DNA of 64,000 nt from Lytechinus pictus (taxonomy: Eukaryota), in assembly GCF_037042905.1 (NCBI RefSeq), contig NC_087250.1, positions 27,530,001 through 27,594,000 on the forward strand, read 5' to 3'. A model generated the notes under the pieces. The model saw nothing but the letters and a program-made list of their open reading frames with translations. It did no database searches and had not been told where the DNA came from. Below, one piece after another: positions 12,502 through 24,483 of the stretch. Within the stretch, counting starts at the first letter, position 1; every line of letters starts with the position of its first letter. The position numbers were made by a program, and so were the translations under genes.

Positions 12502-13780
12502 AAAAGCACTTTGTAAAAGATTGTATACTGTGTTAGAAAACATAGTCTCCGCAGATCAGACTGGTTATTCAAAACAACGTTCCTCTGTACAAAACATCCG
12601 CCTTGTTTTAGATACTATTGAATATTGTCACTACAAGAACTCCCCAGGGATTCTAATTTTTCTAGACTTAAAAAAGGCATTCGATAACATTAGTCACGAA
12701 TTCCTTTTTCTGTTACTAGATAGACTGAGGTTTAAAGAAACTTTTAAAGTTTGGGCTAAAACTCTTTTTAACAATGCGATAGGGAAGGTAATTAATAATG
12801 GTTGGGTCTCCCAATAATTCAAAATAGAGCAAGGTGTGAGGCAGGGTTGCGCTTTATCAGGTCTCCTCTTTATACTGGTCACCGAAGTCATGGCAGTGAG
12901 AATAAAGCAAAATGCTTACATTAATGGAATTCGAATTCCCTCAGAAAATCCAGTCATGCCAGTTGGTATTGTTCAAGAAAATGTCGTTATGTCACAATCA
13001 GACAATTGGCAGACGACGCTGTTATTTTTGTAAACTCTATAGAGTCGGGAAATTTGGCTTTGAAAGAAGTTGAAACGTTTGGTCTTTTAGCATGCCCAAA
13101 ACTAAACTTAATGAAAACAAATGCTATGTCTACCTCTTTCCAAGAAAAGGAACTGGACAATTTAGCATGGACAAACCAGCCCATAAAATACCTCGGTGTA
13201 TACATTTCCGCCAAACAAAAAGAATGTGAAAGTTTAAATTGGGATTTTAAAATTGAGAAGGTGAGATCTCTTTTGAGGGTATGGAAAATGAGAAACCTGA
13301 TATATTATGGAAAGATAACAATTATAAAAACACTTATTGTTTCTCAATTTGTATACATTGGGACATGTTTACCAATTCCAAAGAATACTATGACTAAACT
13401 TAACAAATTAATTTACAGTTTTCTTTGGGGTTCCAAAAAAGAAAAAGTCAAGAGAGCGGTTGTTACTCGCTCTCCAGCAAATTGGGGGTTTAGATATGGT
13501 AAACCTAAGAACCAAATTTTAATCATTACAATTATCTTGGTTCACAAAATACCTTAAAGGTGACAAGTCACAATGGAGACTATTTTTTAAATTCTGGATA
13601 AACCTTATCGGAGATGTATCGGAGGTTTTGAGAATGAACTGTTCGAGTAAAGATATGCCTTTTTTATGTACGAAGTTCAAATTACCAGAGTTTTATGTCA
13701 ACCTACTTATGTACTGGAGTGAACTGAGATACGTTCATTTTAATAACGTTAAAGACGTGTTCGATCAAGTATTATGGTAC

Positions 13781-14374
13781 GGCATACATTCGTAATTCCG
13801 AAGCTTCGTTATTCCGAAGGTTCGGATATTCCGAAGGTTCGTTATTCCGAAGGTTCGTATTTCCGAAGGTTCTTAATTCCGAAGGTTCGTTAGTCCGAAT
13901 ACGAAATTAGGTTCGTAATTCCGAAGGTTCGTTAGTCCGAATACGAAATTAGGTTCGTAATTCCGAAGGTTCGTTAGTCCGAAAACGAAGTGAGGTTCGT
14001 AATTCCGAAGGTTCGTTAATCCGAAAAAGAAATGAGGTTCGTAATTCCGAAGGTTCGTTAGTCCGAAAACTAACCTTATTTCGTTTTCGGACTAACGAAA
14101 CTTCGGAACAACGAACCTTATTTCGTTTTCGGATTAATGAACCTTCTGAATAACGAACCTTATTTCGTTTTCGGATTATCCAACCTTCGGAATAACGAAC
14201 CTTCGGAATAACGCCCCAAATGTTCGGATTAACGAACCCTTTTACGTTTTCGGATTAACGAACATCGAGGTATAGGTAGTTTGCGTGTTTCGGAATTACG
14301 AACCTTCGGAATAAAGAACCTTTGGAATTACGAACCTTCGGAATTACGAACCTTCGGAATTACGAAGTGTAACC
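13781..14374. mobile_element. Mutator/MULE-like foldback MITE built from ~16-bp repeats
   Basis: 9-bp TSD TTATGGTAC (13772-13780, 14375-14383); GG...CC ends; ttcgttattccgaagg-type arrays in opposite orientation in the two halves. Confidence 0.9.
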
Positions 14375-16185
14375 TTATGGTACAATAGCAATATTAAACA
14401 CGGAAATGACCTCTTATATTTTAAAGAGTGGAAAGCTAACGGGATTGAAAAAGTCAGTGACCTTTTTGAAAATGGGCAGTGGATATCGTGTGACTCCTTA
14501 CAAAGACGATTGGGCACAAATTCATTGTTAATACATTTCAAATTTTCTAAATTGAAAAAGGCATTTCCAAAAGTATGGGTGAGTGAAACAAGAAATACAG
14601 TTTACACCAAAGATGAAACAGAAAATGAACCAGAAATGTTTGAAATATCATCTGGTGATTTCATTAAAGTTTGTTGCATGAAAGCAAAACATTTTTATTT
14701 ATTACTAAATGAATCAGAACAAGAGAATCCCTCTGTTTCAGGGTGGTGGGAGGAAATTTGTCAACTACCAGTAGATTATTAATGGAAGCACGTATTAGAT
14801 TTTAAGTTGAAACATATCAGAGATAATAAAGTGAGACAATTTAATTTCAAATTATTGCACAATATTTTGCCCTTTTAGAAAAAAATCTTTTTAAATGGAA
14901 GATCTCGTCAAACATTATTTGCTCATTTTGTAACGAACCTAAATCATCTATTTACGTTTTGTTAAAATGTCACCAAGTCACTGATTTTTGGAAAAAGGTT
15001 CACATTTTAATACTAGATTGGTTTCAAAAAGACATTTATTTAGAAGAAAAGAATATTGTAATTGGTTTTGAAATCAGTGAGTCTAAATTTAATTTGATTA
15101 ACCTATTATTAATTTATGCACAATATGCAGTGTACAAAGTATATATGTTAAATTACTTCAAGAATAAATTGTTCAATAGTCAATCAATTTTGGATGGTAT
15201 TTAAAAATGATTTCAGGAATTATGCTCAGTGGAAATAGAAAAATAAGAAAGATGTTTCAGAAGAACTTGAAAAGTTTCTGTTTTAGATACTCTTACCATT
15301 TCTGCATCTGTATTTACTTTTTTTTTCTATACATGTTGATTAATTTTGTATACACGTGATTATATTGTTATTTGATTTGATTTTATGAAATAAAGTACCT
15401 CAGAAGAGGAAAAGAAAAAAAATATATATATATGTGGATTTATTTCCTTCATGAAAATATGATTAGAATTAGTGGTCTTCAAATGCCGTGTTTTATGTGA
15501 CTAGGAAATAAAATAATTCAACACGCATTTAAAGCACTTTTCTTGCTCGGCGGGGATGGACGAGGCGCATTTTTTTCTGTCTAAAAGGGCGCCAAAATCA
15601 GGTCAGGTTTTGGCCCCTCCCTACGAAATCCCTGATCTTATTATCATTATTCTATACATGAGGAATTTCGTATAACATTTTTTTACAATGAAAAGAGCCT
15701 TTAGTCTTTTTCTCTTCGAACATTTAAATTTCGCTGTAAAGTATGCTCACTGCGTATACTAAATTTTGGCCCTAAACATCTTTTTGACATTGTTTGTCGT
15801 TTTCTCTACGCACTATCATAATTTATTTCCAAAATTCTTTGCAATTTGAGCACTGATCCACGTTTATCATGAGCTAAAAATAAAAACCATACCTCCTAAT
15901 TTGTGTATACACTGCACCTTTTCGTGTATCCGTGTTTAATAATACATTATACAAGGATCTTAATTCAACTAAAGAGAAAAAAAAGTATTAAATTAAGCGT
16001 TGTTTTATCGGTTCACAAAACAAAATCTGAGAACACTTTCACTGTAAAGGTTTCTTAAAAAGCGAGATAATGTTTAATATACCCTCGTAATTTTTTGTTC
16101 AAATGTTTCTTGAGTTAATTTTAACTTTTCTTGCTTTTTTTGTTTTGTTTTTTAGGTAGGCTACTGTCCCCATTTTCTCTTCGTC

Positions 16186-17848
16186 ATGGCGTCTAAGTTC
16201 CCAACAAAGAAGGGTGGAGAGGTAGAGCTTCGTACAAGGAAAGGTCATGACATGACCTGGTCATGTGACAAGCATGGTGAGCCAATCAAATTTTACTGTA
16301 AGAAACACAAAATTCCCATATGTCATCCATGCGCTACCAAAAATCACAGCCAGAAACCATGTGAGCTAGACGACATCGAGGATGTTATCTTCGAAAGGAG
16401 AAGACAGCTAGATGAAAAACGGCCAATAATACAGGAACTTCAGAAACAAATGGAAGCCCTCAAAGCGAAAATAAAGACTACATCAACGTCTGGAAGTACT
16501 CATCTTCGGAAAATTGACAACAACATTCAAGCTTCATATTACGACAAGATCGATTCTGTTGGAGAAAAGGAGAACAGGATGATTAGGGTTATTAACGAGG
16601 AGGCAGATGAGGAAATAAGACTAGTAAATGAGAAGAGAGAAAAACGGATCAAAGACTGCAACACCGAGAGAGAAAAGGAGCGACAAATCATCAGAGACCA
16701 AAAAGCAAAACTTTTATCAGATGCAAAGAAAATCAGCGAAGTTGTTTCTAAGAAGATCAAAGATCTTGCTAATAAGAATCAGCATGTAATAAACACTGTA
16801 GAGAACATTGAATCAACCATCAAACGTATAAACCAACATGATGAAACATTGGTGAATGAAGCTCCTCAAGTACTTGCATCTATTGATGAAAATTTTAATT
16901 TTAATGTTCATCAAGATGTTAGCGATTGTCTTGACCGAATACAGAATGAAGTTGAGAGAGTGAAATTTGTAGAGGGGGGAAGTAGGTGGAGAATACTATG
17001 GTAAAATTGATGGGTATATCGGTAAATGGGAACTTGTCAAATCAATCAACATTCCATCGGTTGTTAATAACCCGTGTGTGCGTGGTTTAGTCAGTGATGA
17101 TGAGATATGTGTGCGAGACGAAGATAACAAAGACATGTATATTACAAACATCAACACTCAACACACAGAGAAAGTCATTGATGGAGGTGTGTGTATTACA
17201 TCATGTGCGCCCATAGACAGTAACGTAATAGTATGTGGAAAGTGGAGAGATGATTGCACGGGCGACAGGTTGAATGGATGCATCACTCTCTATGACAGAC
17301 AATGGAAGGTGATTAGAGACATCAGCATACCAAGGAATGGATACAGCAATCGTGTGTATGTTGATGTTGACAGGGATGGGATGATCATCGCTGCTCAGTA
17401 CAATCAGTCTAATATCTACGTCATCAATCCTGCTAATGATAAGATAGTAAACACTATTACGATGCAGGGTAAGAAGGTGTGGGGTGGGATACAAGCCTTG
17501 TCATCAGGTGATATCGTTGTTGAGACAAGTTATGATGAATACACTGTCATCTCACGATCAGGAGAAGAGAAGGCACTCATACACTGTGGTGAGTGGGACT
17601 GGTGGTCACAGTGTCGCGTTGACAAACTGACAGACACACTCTACATCGCGTACTGGGATGGAGCGCGTAATACCATCGCAGTTGATCAGGCGTCACGTGA
17701 TGGTATCATCCAGGCAAGGAGGATCGTGGAATACGTGAAATCAGATCGCTTTCACTATTTCAGCCCTTGTCTTGTTACTCCTTCTGGTAACCTCGTAGGA
17801 TGTGATGGAGACAAACTTCTTATCTACAAGAAGACATTAATCTTGTAA
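16186..17848 (+). CDS. B-box / coiled-coil / beta-propeller (RING-less TRIM/NHL-like) protein, copy 1; ~553 aa if one +1 frameshift in a G6 run (16974-16979) is corrected
   Basis: B-box-like CDKHGEPIKFYCKKHKIPICHPCATKNH; long charged helical segment; repeated beta-strand blades (VYVDVDRDGMII, IQALSSGDIVV). Polypyrimidine+AG acceptor at 16141-16155. Copy 2 is in frame across the break. May be a pseudogene or a homopolymer sequencing error. Confidence 0.8.
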
Positions 17849-18311
17849 ATCATCTAGACTATCAAAGGAATCATATCGGATTTGTAAGAGAAATATAGAC
17901 CAGAGATTTGTTTTCACTTTTACTTCCATTTCAATTTACGTCCTTCTAGCTCTATATGTACGTGACTACATTCATATACACATGGCCATGGTGTGTATAA
18001 TGTTGTATCAATCCATATCAAATAGAAAAATTTCGCTAATATCCACTCCGTCTAGATTTAGGTCTGTAATGAATGCCCTCAGATCCAAATGAATAGTTTA
18101 CTCGAAACCTGAACAAAATAAATGCAAAATGTGTTAACGAATTGCCTACTTGAACCAGATGGTTATTGTAGAAAGTCTTTTAGAATGGCTGAATTCAGTA
18201 TTGAACGTGTTAATAACTGATTAACTGATGTTATTCTCCTAATAGTGATCGGATTATTCCTCGATTAAAATTGCTCTCAGCTTTTAAGGTATTTGATTCG
18301 AATCAATTAAT

Positions 18312-18476
18312 CAGGACCCCATTTCATAAAAATGTTGTTTATGATAGCAACTCATGCTAAAATGTCAATTACCATGACAACAATAACGATTCTGGTTCCT
18401 GATTGGCTGATCCAATGAAATTTGATATTCAAACTGGAGTTGTTATCATAGCCAGGTTTTATGAAATGGTACCCTG
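18312..18476. mobile_element. Small MITE
   Basis: caggaccccatttcataaaa...ttttatgaaatggtaccctg imperfect TIRs. Confidence 0.55.
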
Positions 18477-19879
18477 GTTGATTTCATTGTTTCTTTAGTC
18501 TGTGGTAATAAAAAAAAAAAAAACGGGAAGGGGTCAAAACTGTATGAAATTTAAGTTTCGTAATGTACACAATCCCCCCTCATGAAGTTAAATTAAAATA
18601 AGATAAAATCTCGTAAATAATGGTGTTTTATAGGGTTCTTGTTTAGTCTACATTCATATCTCAATATAAAGGGAAAGGGATAATGTTTCCCGTATAATTC
18701 TTTTTTTCGCCAATTAAATATTCTCTAGTTATGTATAACAAAATAGGTGAGATTTTTCTCAAAAATATTTAGCACACGGTATATTCATCATATTCCTGAA
18801 AGTATTGCATCATATTGCTTATTTCAATCAGTGCATTTTTCTTCGCTTGTACAACTTTTACTTTATCCTCATATCGCTTAATATTTTCAACATAGATTAC
18901 TGATTAATTGTTTCCCTACACGAATAATATCATCTTACACATTGGCTACCTGACTATCAAATCTTAAGTAACAATAATATGGAAGTGAAACATTGTTTTA
19001 AAATAGTTATTTGTGTCGACGTTCTGTAATGATGTATTCGCACCTACTACGTTCAGTTATGTTTATCAACATCATGAAATTATGTCAAATTAATTTCATT
19101 ATAAAAATCATATGTCAATAAAAAAAACACATGATAGGCTAGCGTACCATGCTGTAAATAAATAAAACAGGAATCTATTTTTGTTTAACAGACAGAATTA
19201 GATAATTTGTCAAATATCTGCCCATAATGTAGCTTTTGTTCGTGGTTTCATGTTAATATAATATATAACTCGATTCAATCCATTTGTTTATTTCGTTTCT
19301 ATTTCAAATTGTGTTTAGTGTGTAAACTGGAAGTCTATTCCAGAGGCATTAGCTAAAGTGAATATTCTTAAGATGAAAATGGTTGTATTCTTCTGATCAT
19401 AATTGATTCAAATTGTGTGGTTATTCTTATACATCTACCCCCTATCTCTCTATTAACCCCTAAATTACCCCCTTGTACTGTGTAATACGACACGGATATC
19501 CATGTTGCTGCAATAAGTTGTATATAAATCGTTATTGTCTAGGGTGTGTTGTTTTAAGGTAGGAGTATATCATTTTTCAAAAGAAAAAAAATCCAACCGA
19601 ATTTATTCTTACAATAATCAACTTTGTACAGGTTAAGTTTAGCTAGGGTTTATGCTTTATTTCAACTATCAATTCAATTGCCCGTTATTGTCTATATAGT
19701 ATAGGTTATTGAAAGTTCGTTCCTAAAAATGGAACGGGATATAGTGCTGCTATATGTCTACATTTTCATCCGGTGATATGTCAGATCTAACGATTTTTCT
19801 TGTTTTTGATTGGCTGAGAAGCGCTGTTACTATGGGTAATGTCAAATGAAACGCTTGACAATCCAAACTTTTTTTTTAT

Positions 19880-22030
19880 TTGCTCAATATTTGTTGTTTG
19901 ATCTTATACAGCTAATTACAATTTTCTTCATAAAACTAGGAAAACTGATGTACATAATGAACATTTATATTATGATATAACATGTATAATGGGATTATTT
20001 TAGTATCTATTATTTCAAGTGTATATTGCAAGACGAGTAGAAACTATACTTTTTGTTTTTAAAATAATATATTTTCATTATACTTTGTTGTGAATTACTA
20101 ACACTATTGAATAGAAAAAAAAACAACGTTTGTTGATGTATAGACTTAAATCGAGACGAAATTATTCTTACCTACTTGAGAGCTGAAAATAGTCAAGTGA
20201 AAATAGTTTGGAAATATCTTTCTTTACTGTGAGTTAATGTATTTAGTAAATTTCGAAGAAAAAAATTGCCAATGCAATATATAGTGCGTCCCACAAAAAA
20301 ACGAAACCGAGATTTATCGATGATTTATCATAACTTAATCACAAATAAAATAGACAAATGACCTAACATTGTAAAGCTTGGAATTTCCTCTTTCATCTGC
20401 AATTACTTAAATAATTTTTTATTCACGCATGAGTGAGTAAAAACAAATTTGAAGAGGGGATACCAAAAAGTCATTTGGCGGGCTGTATCTGGGTTTTAAA
20501 AAAAAAACCGCATTTTGAAAAATTTCAATATCTGCTCTTTAAATTGATACCTCAATTACAGAAAATGGTCAAGAAATAACACAGTTCTGGTTATTTGAAA
20601 TAAGGTTTGAATTTCAATAATTTCATAAAATAAAGAGGTTTTACAGGCTAGCGTTCAAACTCACTCGACACTCCGTTTTGTTGACTATCAGCCATGCATT
20701 AAGTCTTTTGTTAACTGTGCGATAGCTTCTGTGGGAAACCGGTGAAAACACGTTTATTTAATGAAATTATGGAAATACAAGCATTGTTTCGAGGGAACAG
20801 AACCTTTTTACTTCTTCACAATTTTTTGAGATTAAGGTATCAAATAAAAGAGCAGATATTGAACTTTTTAGGCATGTGATTTTCTTTTTGAAATTCAGAT
20901 ACCCCCGCCAAATGAGTTTTTGGTATCCTTTCTTCATATTGTTTTTGCTCACTCATGTGTAAATAAAAAATAATCTCAGTAATATCAGATGAAAGAGGAG
21001 ATCCTAGATTTACATTGATAGGTCATTTGTCTATTGTATTTATGATTAAGTTATGATAAATCATCGCTAAATGTCGGTTTCGTTTTTTGTGGGACGCACT
21101 GTATAGTGATATACAAATTGCTGATCTAATTATCAACCGATCGGAAGAATATCTAAGATTTTAAATTGATCAAAAATACATGGTGTATTTTGAAGTTATT
21201 ATCATAGTTATGAAGAGGGTGTTCTTAATACACAAATAATCACGTACTATATAATCAAGAAATTTTGTCAGCATAAATGAAAATATATGTCAAACAAAAT
21301 ACCGACTTTGCTCAATATATGATGTTTAATACATACAGCTGATTATAATTCGCTTCATAAAACTTGGAAAACTATTGTACATAACATGCATAATGAACAT
21401 TATTATGATATAATGTATATCATGATATCTATTATTTTCAAGTGTATATTGAATGATGAGTAGAAAGTATACGTTTGCTTTTGATATAATATATTTTTAT
21501 TATACTTTGTTGTGAATTACTACGAAAAAAAGCCAAATTATTGTTGTTGGATAGACTTAAATCAAGACGAAATTAATCTTAAATACTTGAGAGCTGAAAA
21601 TAGTCATATGAAAATAGTTAGGAAATATCTTTCTTTACTGTGGGTTAATGTATTTAGTACATTTCGAGAAAGGTTTGCCAATGCAATATATACATGATAT
21701 ACCGGTAGTTGTATACAAATTACTGATCAAAACACCAATTATCAACCGATCTAACTATATCTTCACTATGGGTTATCTACGACATTTCGAGAAAAGCTTA
21801 CCAATCCACAATGAGTTGTATGCACATTACTCATCTAAAAACCAAGTATCAACCGATCTGAATAAATGCTTAATATTTTTAAACTGATCGAAATCTTTGC
21901 AGTTTTTTTTAGGTCATTATCATGGTGATGGGGAGGGTGATTTTAATGCACAAACAATCATGTAATGTTATAATCAAATAATTTTGTCAGCATAAACGAA
22001 ATTAAATGTAAAAAACCCGACTCTATATGC
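19880..22030 (+). repeat. Old tandem duplication (~620-700-bp unit); first unit split by a Tc1-like MITE
   Basis: 19880-20281 plus 21103-21315 aligns by eye to 21316-22030 (e.g. tacttgagagctgaaaatagtca...ggaaatatctttctttactgtg). Confidence 0.75.
20282..21101. mobile_element. Tc1/mariner-like foldback MITE
   Basis: TA|(t)AGTGCGTCCCACAAAAAAACGAAAC...GTTTCGTTTTTTGTGGGACGCACTG|TA; ~300-bp diverged arms. Confidence 0.88.
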
Positions 22031-22089
22031 AGTTCATATTAGTGATTTACAAATGATTTTATTGGGCATGTAGGACTGATGGTAACAGA

Positions 22090-22510
22090 CGAAGGGGGGG
22101 GGGGGGGATGAGAAGATAAAGGGAAAAGAGAGGGGTGGGAAAGTGGAGGGGAGTGAGAGATTAAAAAAATGGAGAGACGAGGGAAGTAAAGATGGAAAAA
22201 ATATAGAGAAAAATATATATATGAAAATAAAAGGATAAAGAGACGGAAAGGAAAGGGAAAGAACAGATGAGAGAGAGGGGGAGGGGGGGGGGGGGAGAAA
22301 GATAGAAGAAGGGGAGAGAAAAGAATGGAGAGACAGTGAGAATAAAGACTGAGAAAGAGCGAGAGAGAGAGAAGTAGAGGAGTGAGAAGGAGAAATGGAG
22401 AGACAATGTGAATACAGATGGAATAAGAGAGAGAGAAAGAGAGAAGAAGAAGAAGAACTACCGAGAGACAAGGGATGATAGAGAGAGATTTGGGGGAAGG
22501 GGACGGGGTG
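22090..22510 (+). repeat. Purine-rich (GA) low-complexity tract
   Basis: Read directly. Confidence 0.9.
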
Positions 22511-22850
22511 AATTTGTATTTGAGTTTGTATTTGTATTTTCCTTTCTTATATAGGAAACAAAGAAACATTACATTACAAAGTGAAATACATCACAAACCA
22601 TGTCAATCATAAAAATTCATAACAAAATTGAAGAAAGGATGAATTTGAATTCCGTATAGATAGATCTGGCTTCGTCGAAATTAAGTAAAAGGAAACATAA
22701 CTGAGGGGCTTGCCAAGAACGAATGAATTTAAGAGATTAAAAAAAAATCATAGAAAAGAGAGAAAGAGGGGGGGGGGGGAACAATCAGAACGCTACTTTT
22801 TTGCTTCACTGGGAAATTTTGTACGATTAAATAATATTAAATTATATTAA

Positions 22851-24078
22851 AGGGATGGTCCAGGCTGAAAATGTTCATAATAACTAAATAGAGTAAAATC
22901 CACAAAGCCAAATGCTGAAAATTTCATTAAAATCGGATAACAAATAAGGAAGTTATTGAATTTTAATTTGTCTAATTTTAAATATTTTGTGAAAACAGTT
23001 ATTTGCATATGGTCATGATTATTCATTAGGTGGGCTGATGATGTCACATCCCCACTTTTCTTGTTCTTATCTTATTACATGAAATCATACACGTTTCATT
23101 TCTTCATACATGTGCAAATGATGTGTCTCTATTACGATAAAATAGGTTGCAGCAATAAATAACTAATGCACTTGATCAGTTGCCATCCAATTGTTTTAGC
23201 TCTTGGTAGAAAAAGTTTAATAAATCTAATTTCATATAATACAATACAAAAGAACTGGCGGGGATATGACTTCATCAGTCCACCTCATGAATATTCATAA
23301 AGACAATCATGCCTAGAATAGTAAAACTGTTTCACCGGAATGATAATGCAAATCTTTAAAATTCAAATAACTTCGTTATTTTTTACCCAATTTTGATCAA
23401 ATTTTTAGCATATTGCTTTTTGAATTTTATTCCTTTTATTGAGATTTAAAGGTCAAGTCCACCCCAGCAAAATTGTGATTTCAATAAATAGAGAAAAATC
23501 AAACTAGCATAACACTGAAAATTTCATCAAAATCGGATGTAAAATAAGATAGTTATGTAATTTTAAAATTTCGCTTCATTTCACAAAACAGTTATATGCA
23601 CATCTCTGTCGGTATGCAAATGAGGGAACTGATGACATCACTCACTATTTCTTTTGTATTTTATTATATGAAATATGAAATATTTTGATTTTCTTGTTAT
23701 TGTAATGTGAGTTGAAGTTTCATTCCTCCCTGAACACGTGGAATTCCATTATTTTAACATTTTGTGCTTCAGGCAAGGAGGTCCTAATCGTCAAATTCGT
23801 AAAAATTGAAATATTGTGTAATTTAAACAATAAAAAACAAAAGAAATAGTGAGTGAGTGACATCATCGACTCTCTCATTTTGATGTAACTGGCTCGTTCA
23901 TATAACTATTTTGTTAAAAATAAGCGAAACTTTGAAATGTCATAACTTTCTCATTTTACATCCGATTTTGATGAAATTTTCAGCATGATGTGCTCATCTG
24001 ATTTTTCTCTATTGATTCAAATCAACATTTTGTTGGGGTGTACTTGTCCTTTAAATATCTCCAGCCTGGACTATCCCT
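22851..24078. mobile_element. Kolobok-like MITE (outer)
   Basis: TTAA|AGGGATGGTCCAGGCTG...CAGCCTGGACTATCCCT|TTAA. Confidence 0.88.
23450..24050. mobile_element. Kolobok-like MITE nested in a related MITE
   Basis: TTAA|AGGTCAAGTCCACCCCA...TGGGGTGTACTTGTCCT|TTAA. Confidence 0.88.
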
Positions 24079-24483
24079 TTAAATGTGACCATTGTGCTAC
24101 TTCTAAAATTTCAAAGAACTACGCCACTGTCATATTGAAATTATGTTCAACGCTTCACCAAAATAATATATCAAAATATAATAACACAACACAAGAAATA
24201 CATTTAATTATAAAATTATAAAGAATAAAGAAGATTATGGCAATGGCAATTAATGAAAGTGAAATGTGAAGGAACCTGCATAAAAAAGCAGAGCTTATAA
24301 TGTCTGCTGGTTCCCTAATATGGTTTAGATGCTTTGATATGGTAATTGTTTAACTACGGGCTGGGGGGGGGGGTTCAAGTATATCTAATACAAAATAATG
24401 TATGCACTGTCAGACCAACGCACGTTGCTTATTGAATAACCCATTGAAAGTAAATTTCTTCTTCTTTAGAAGCCACCCAGTAA

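Larger units (their letters stand above)
5055..15290 (+). pseudogene. LINE ORF2 (endonuclease-reverse transcriptase) pseudogene in segments 5055-5208, 9060-10565, 12505-13780 and 14384-~15290
   Basis: ORF-track fragments at 5040, 9196, 9829, 10327, 12488, 12836, 13006, 14510 and 14959 are colinear ORF2 pieces separated by stops and frameshifts. The 3' end is approximate. Confidence 0.92.
4807..15421 (+). mobile_element. Tx1/L1-clade LINE, copy 1: ORF1 tail, disrupted ORF2, 3' UTR and A-rich tail; interrupted by three DNA-transposon insertions
   Basis: ORF1 tail (stop 5009-5011) matches 57121-57325. APE endonuclease motifs SLNVRG, LLQETF, NVYAP, GGDWN, SRLDYW, CDH. RT motifs KSPGSDG, NWRPISLLN, DLKKAFD, GVRQGC, QLADD, KYLG. 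C-terminal Cys motif ~14919-14970; AATAAA at 15389; A-rich tail to ~15421. Confidence 0.95.

Noticed and set aside
22034..22569. Minus-strand ORFs of 81-176 aa
   Set aside because: Translations of the GA-rich low-complexity tract.
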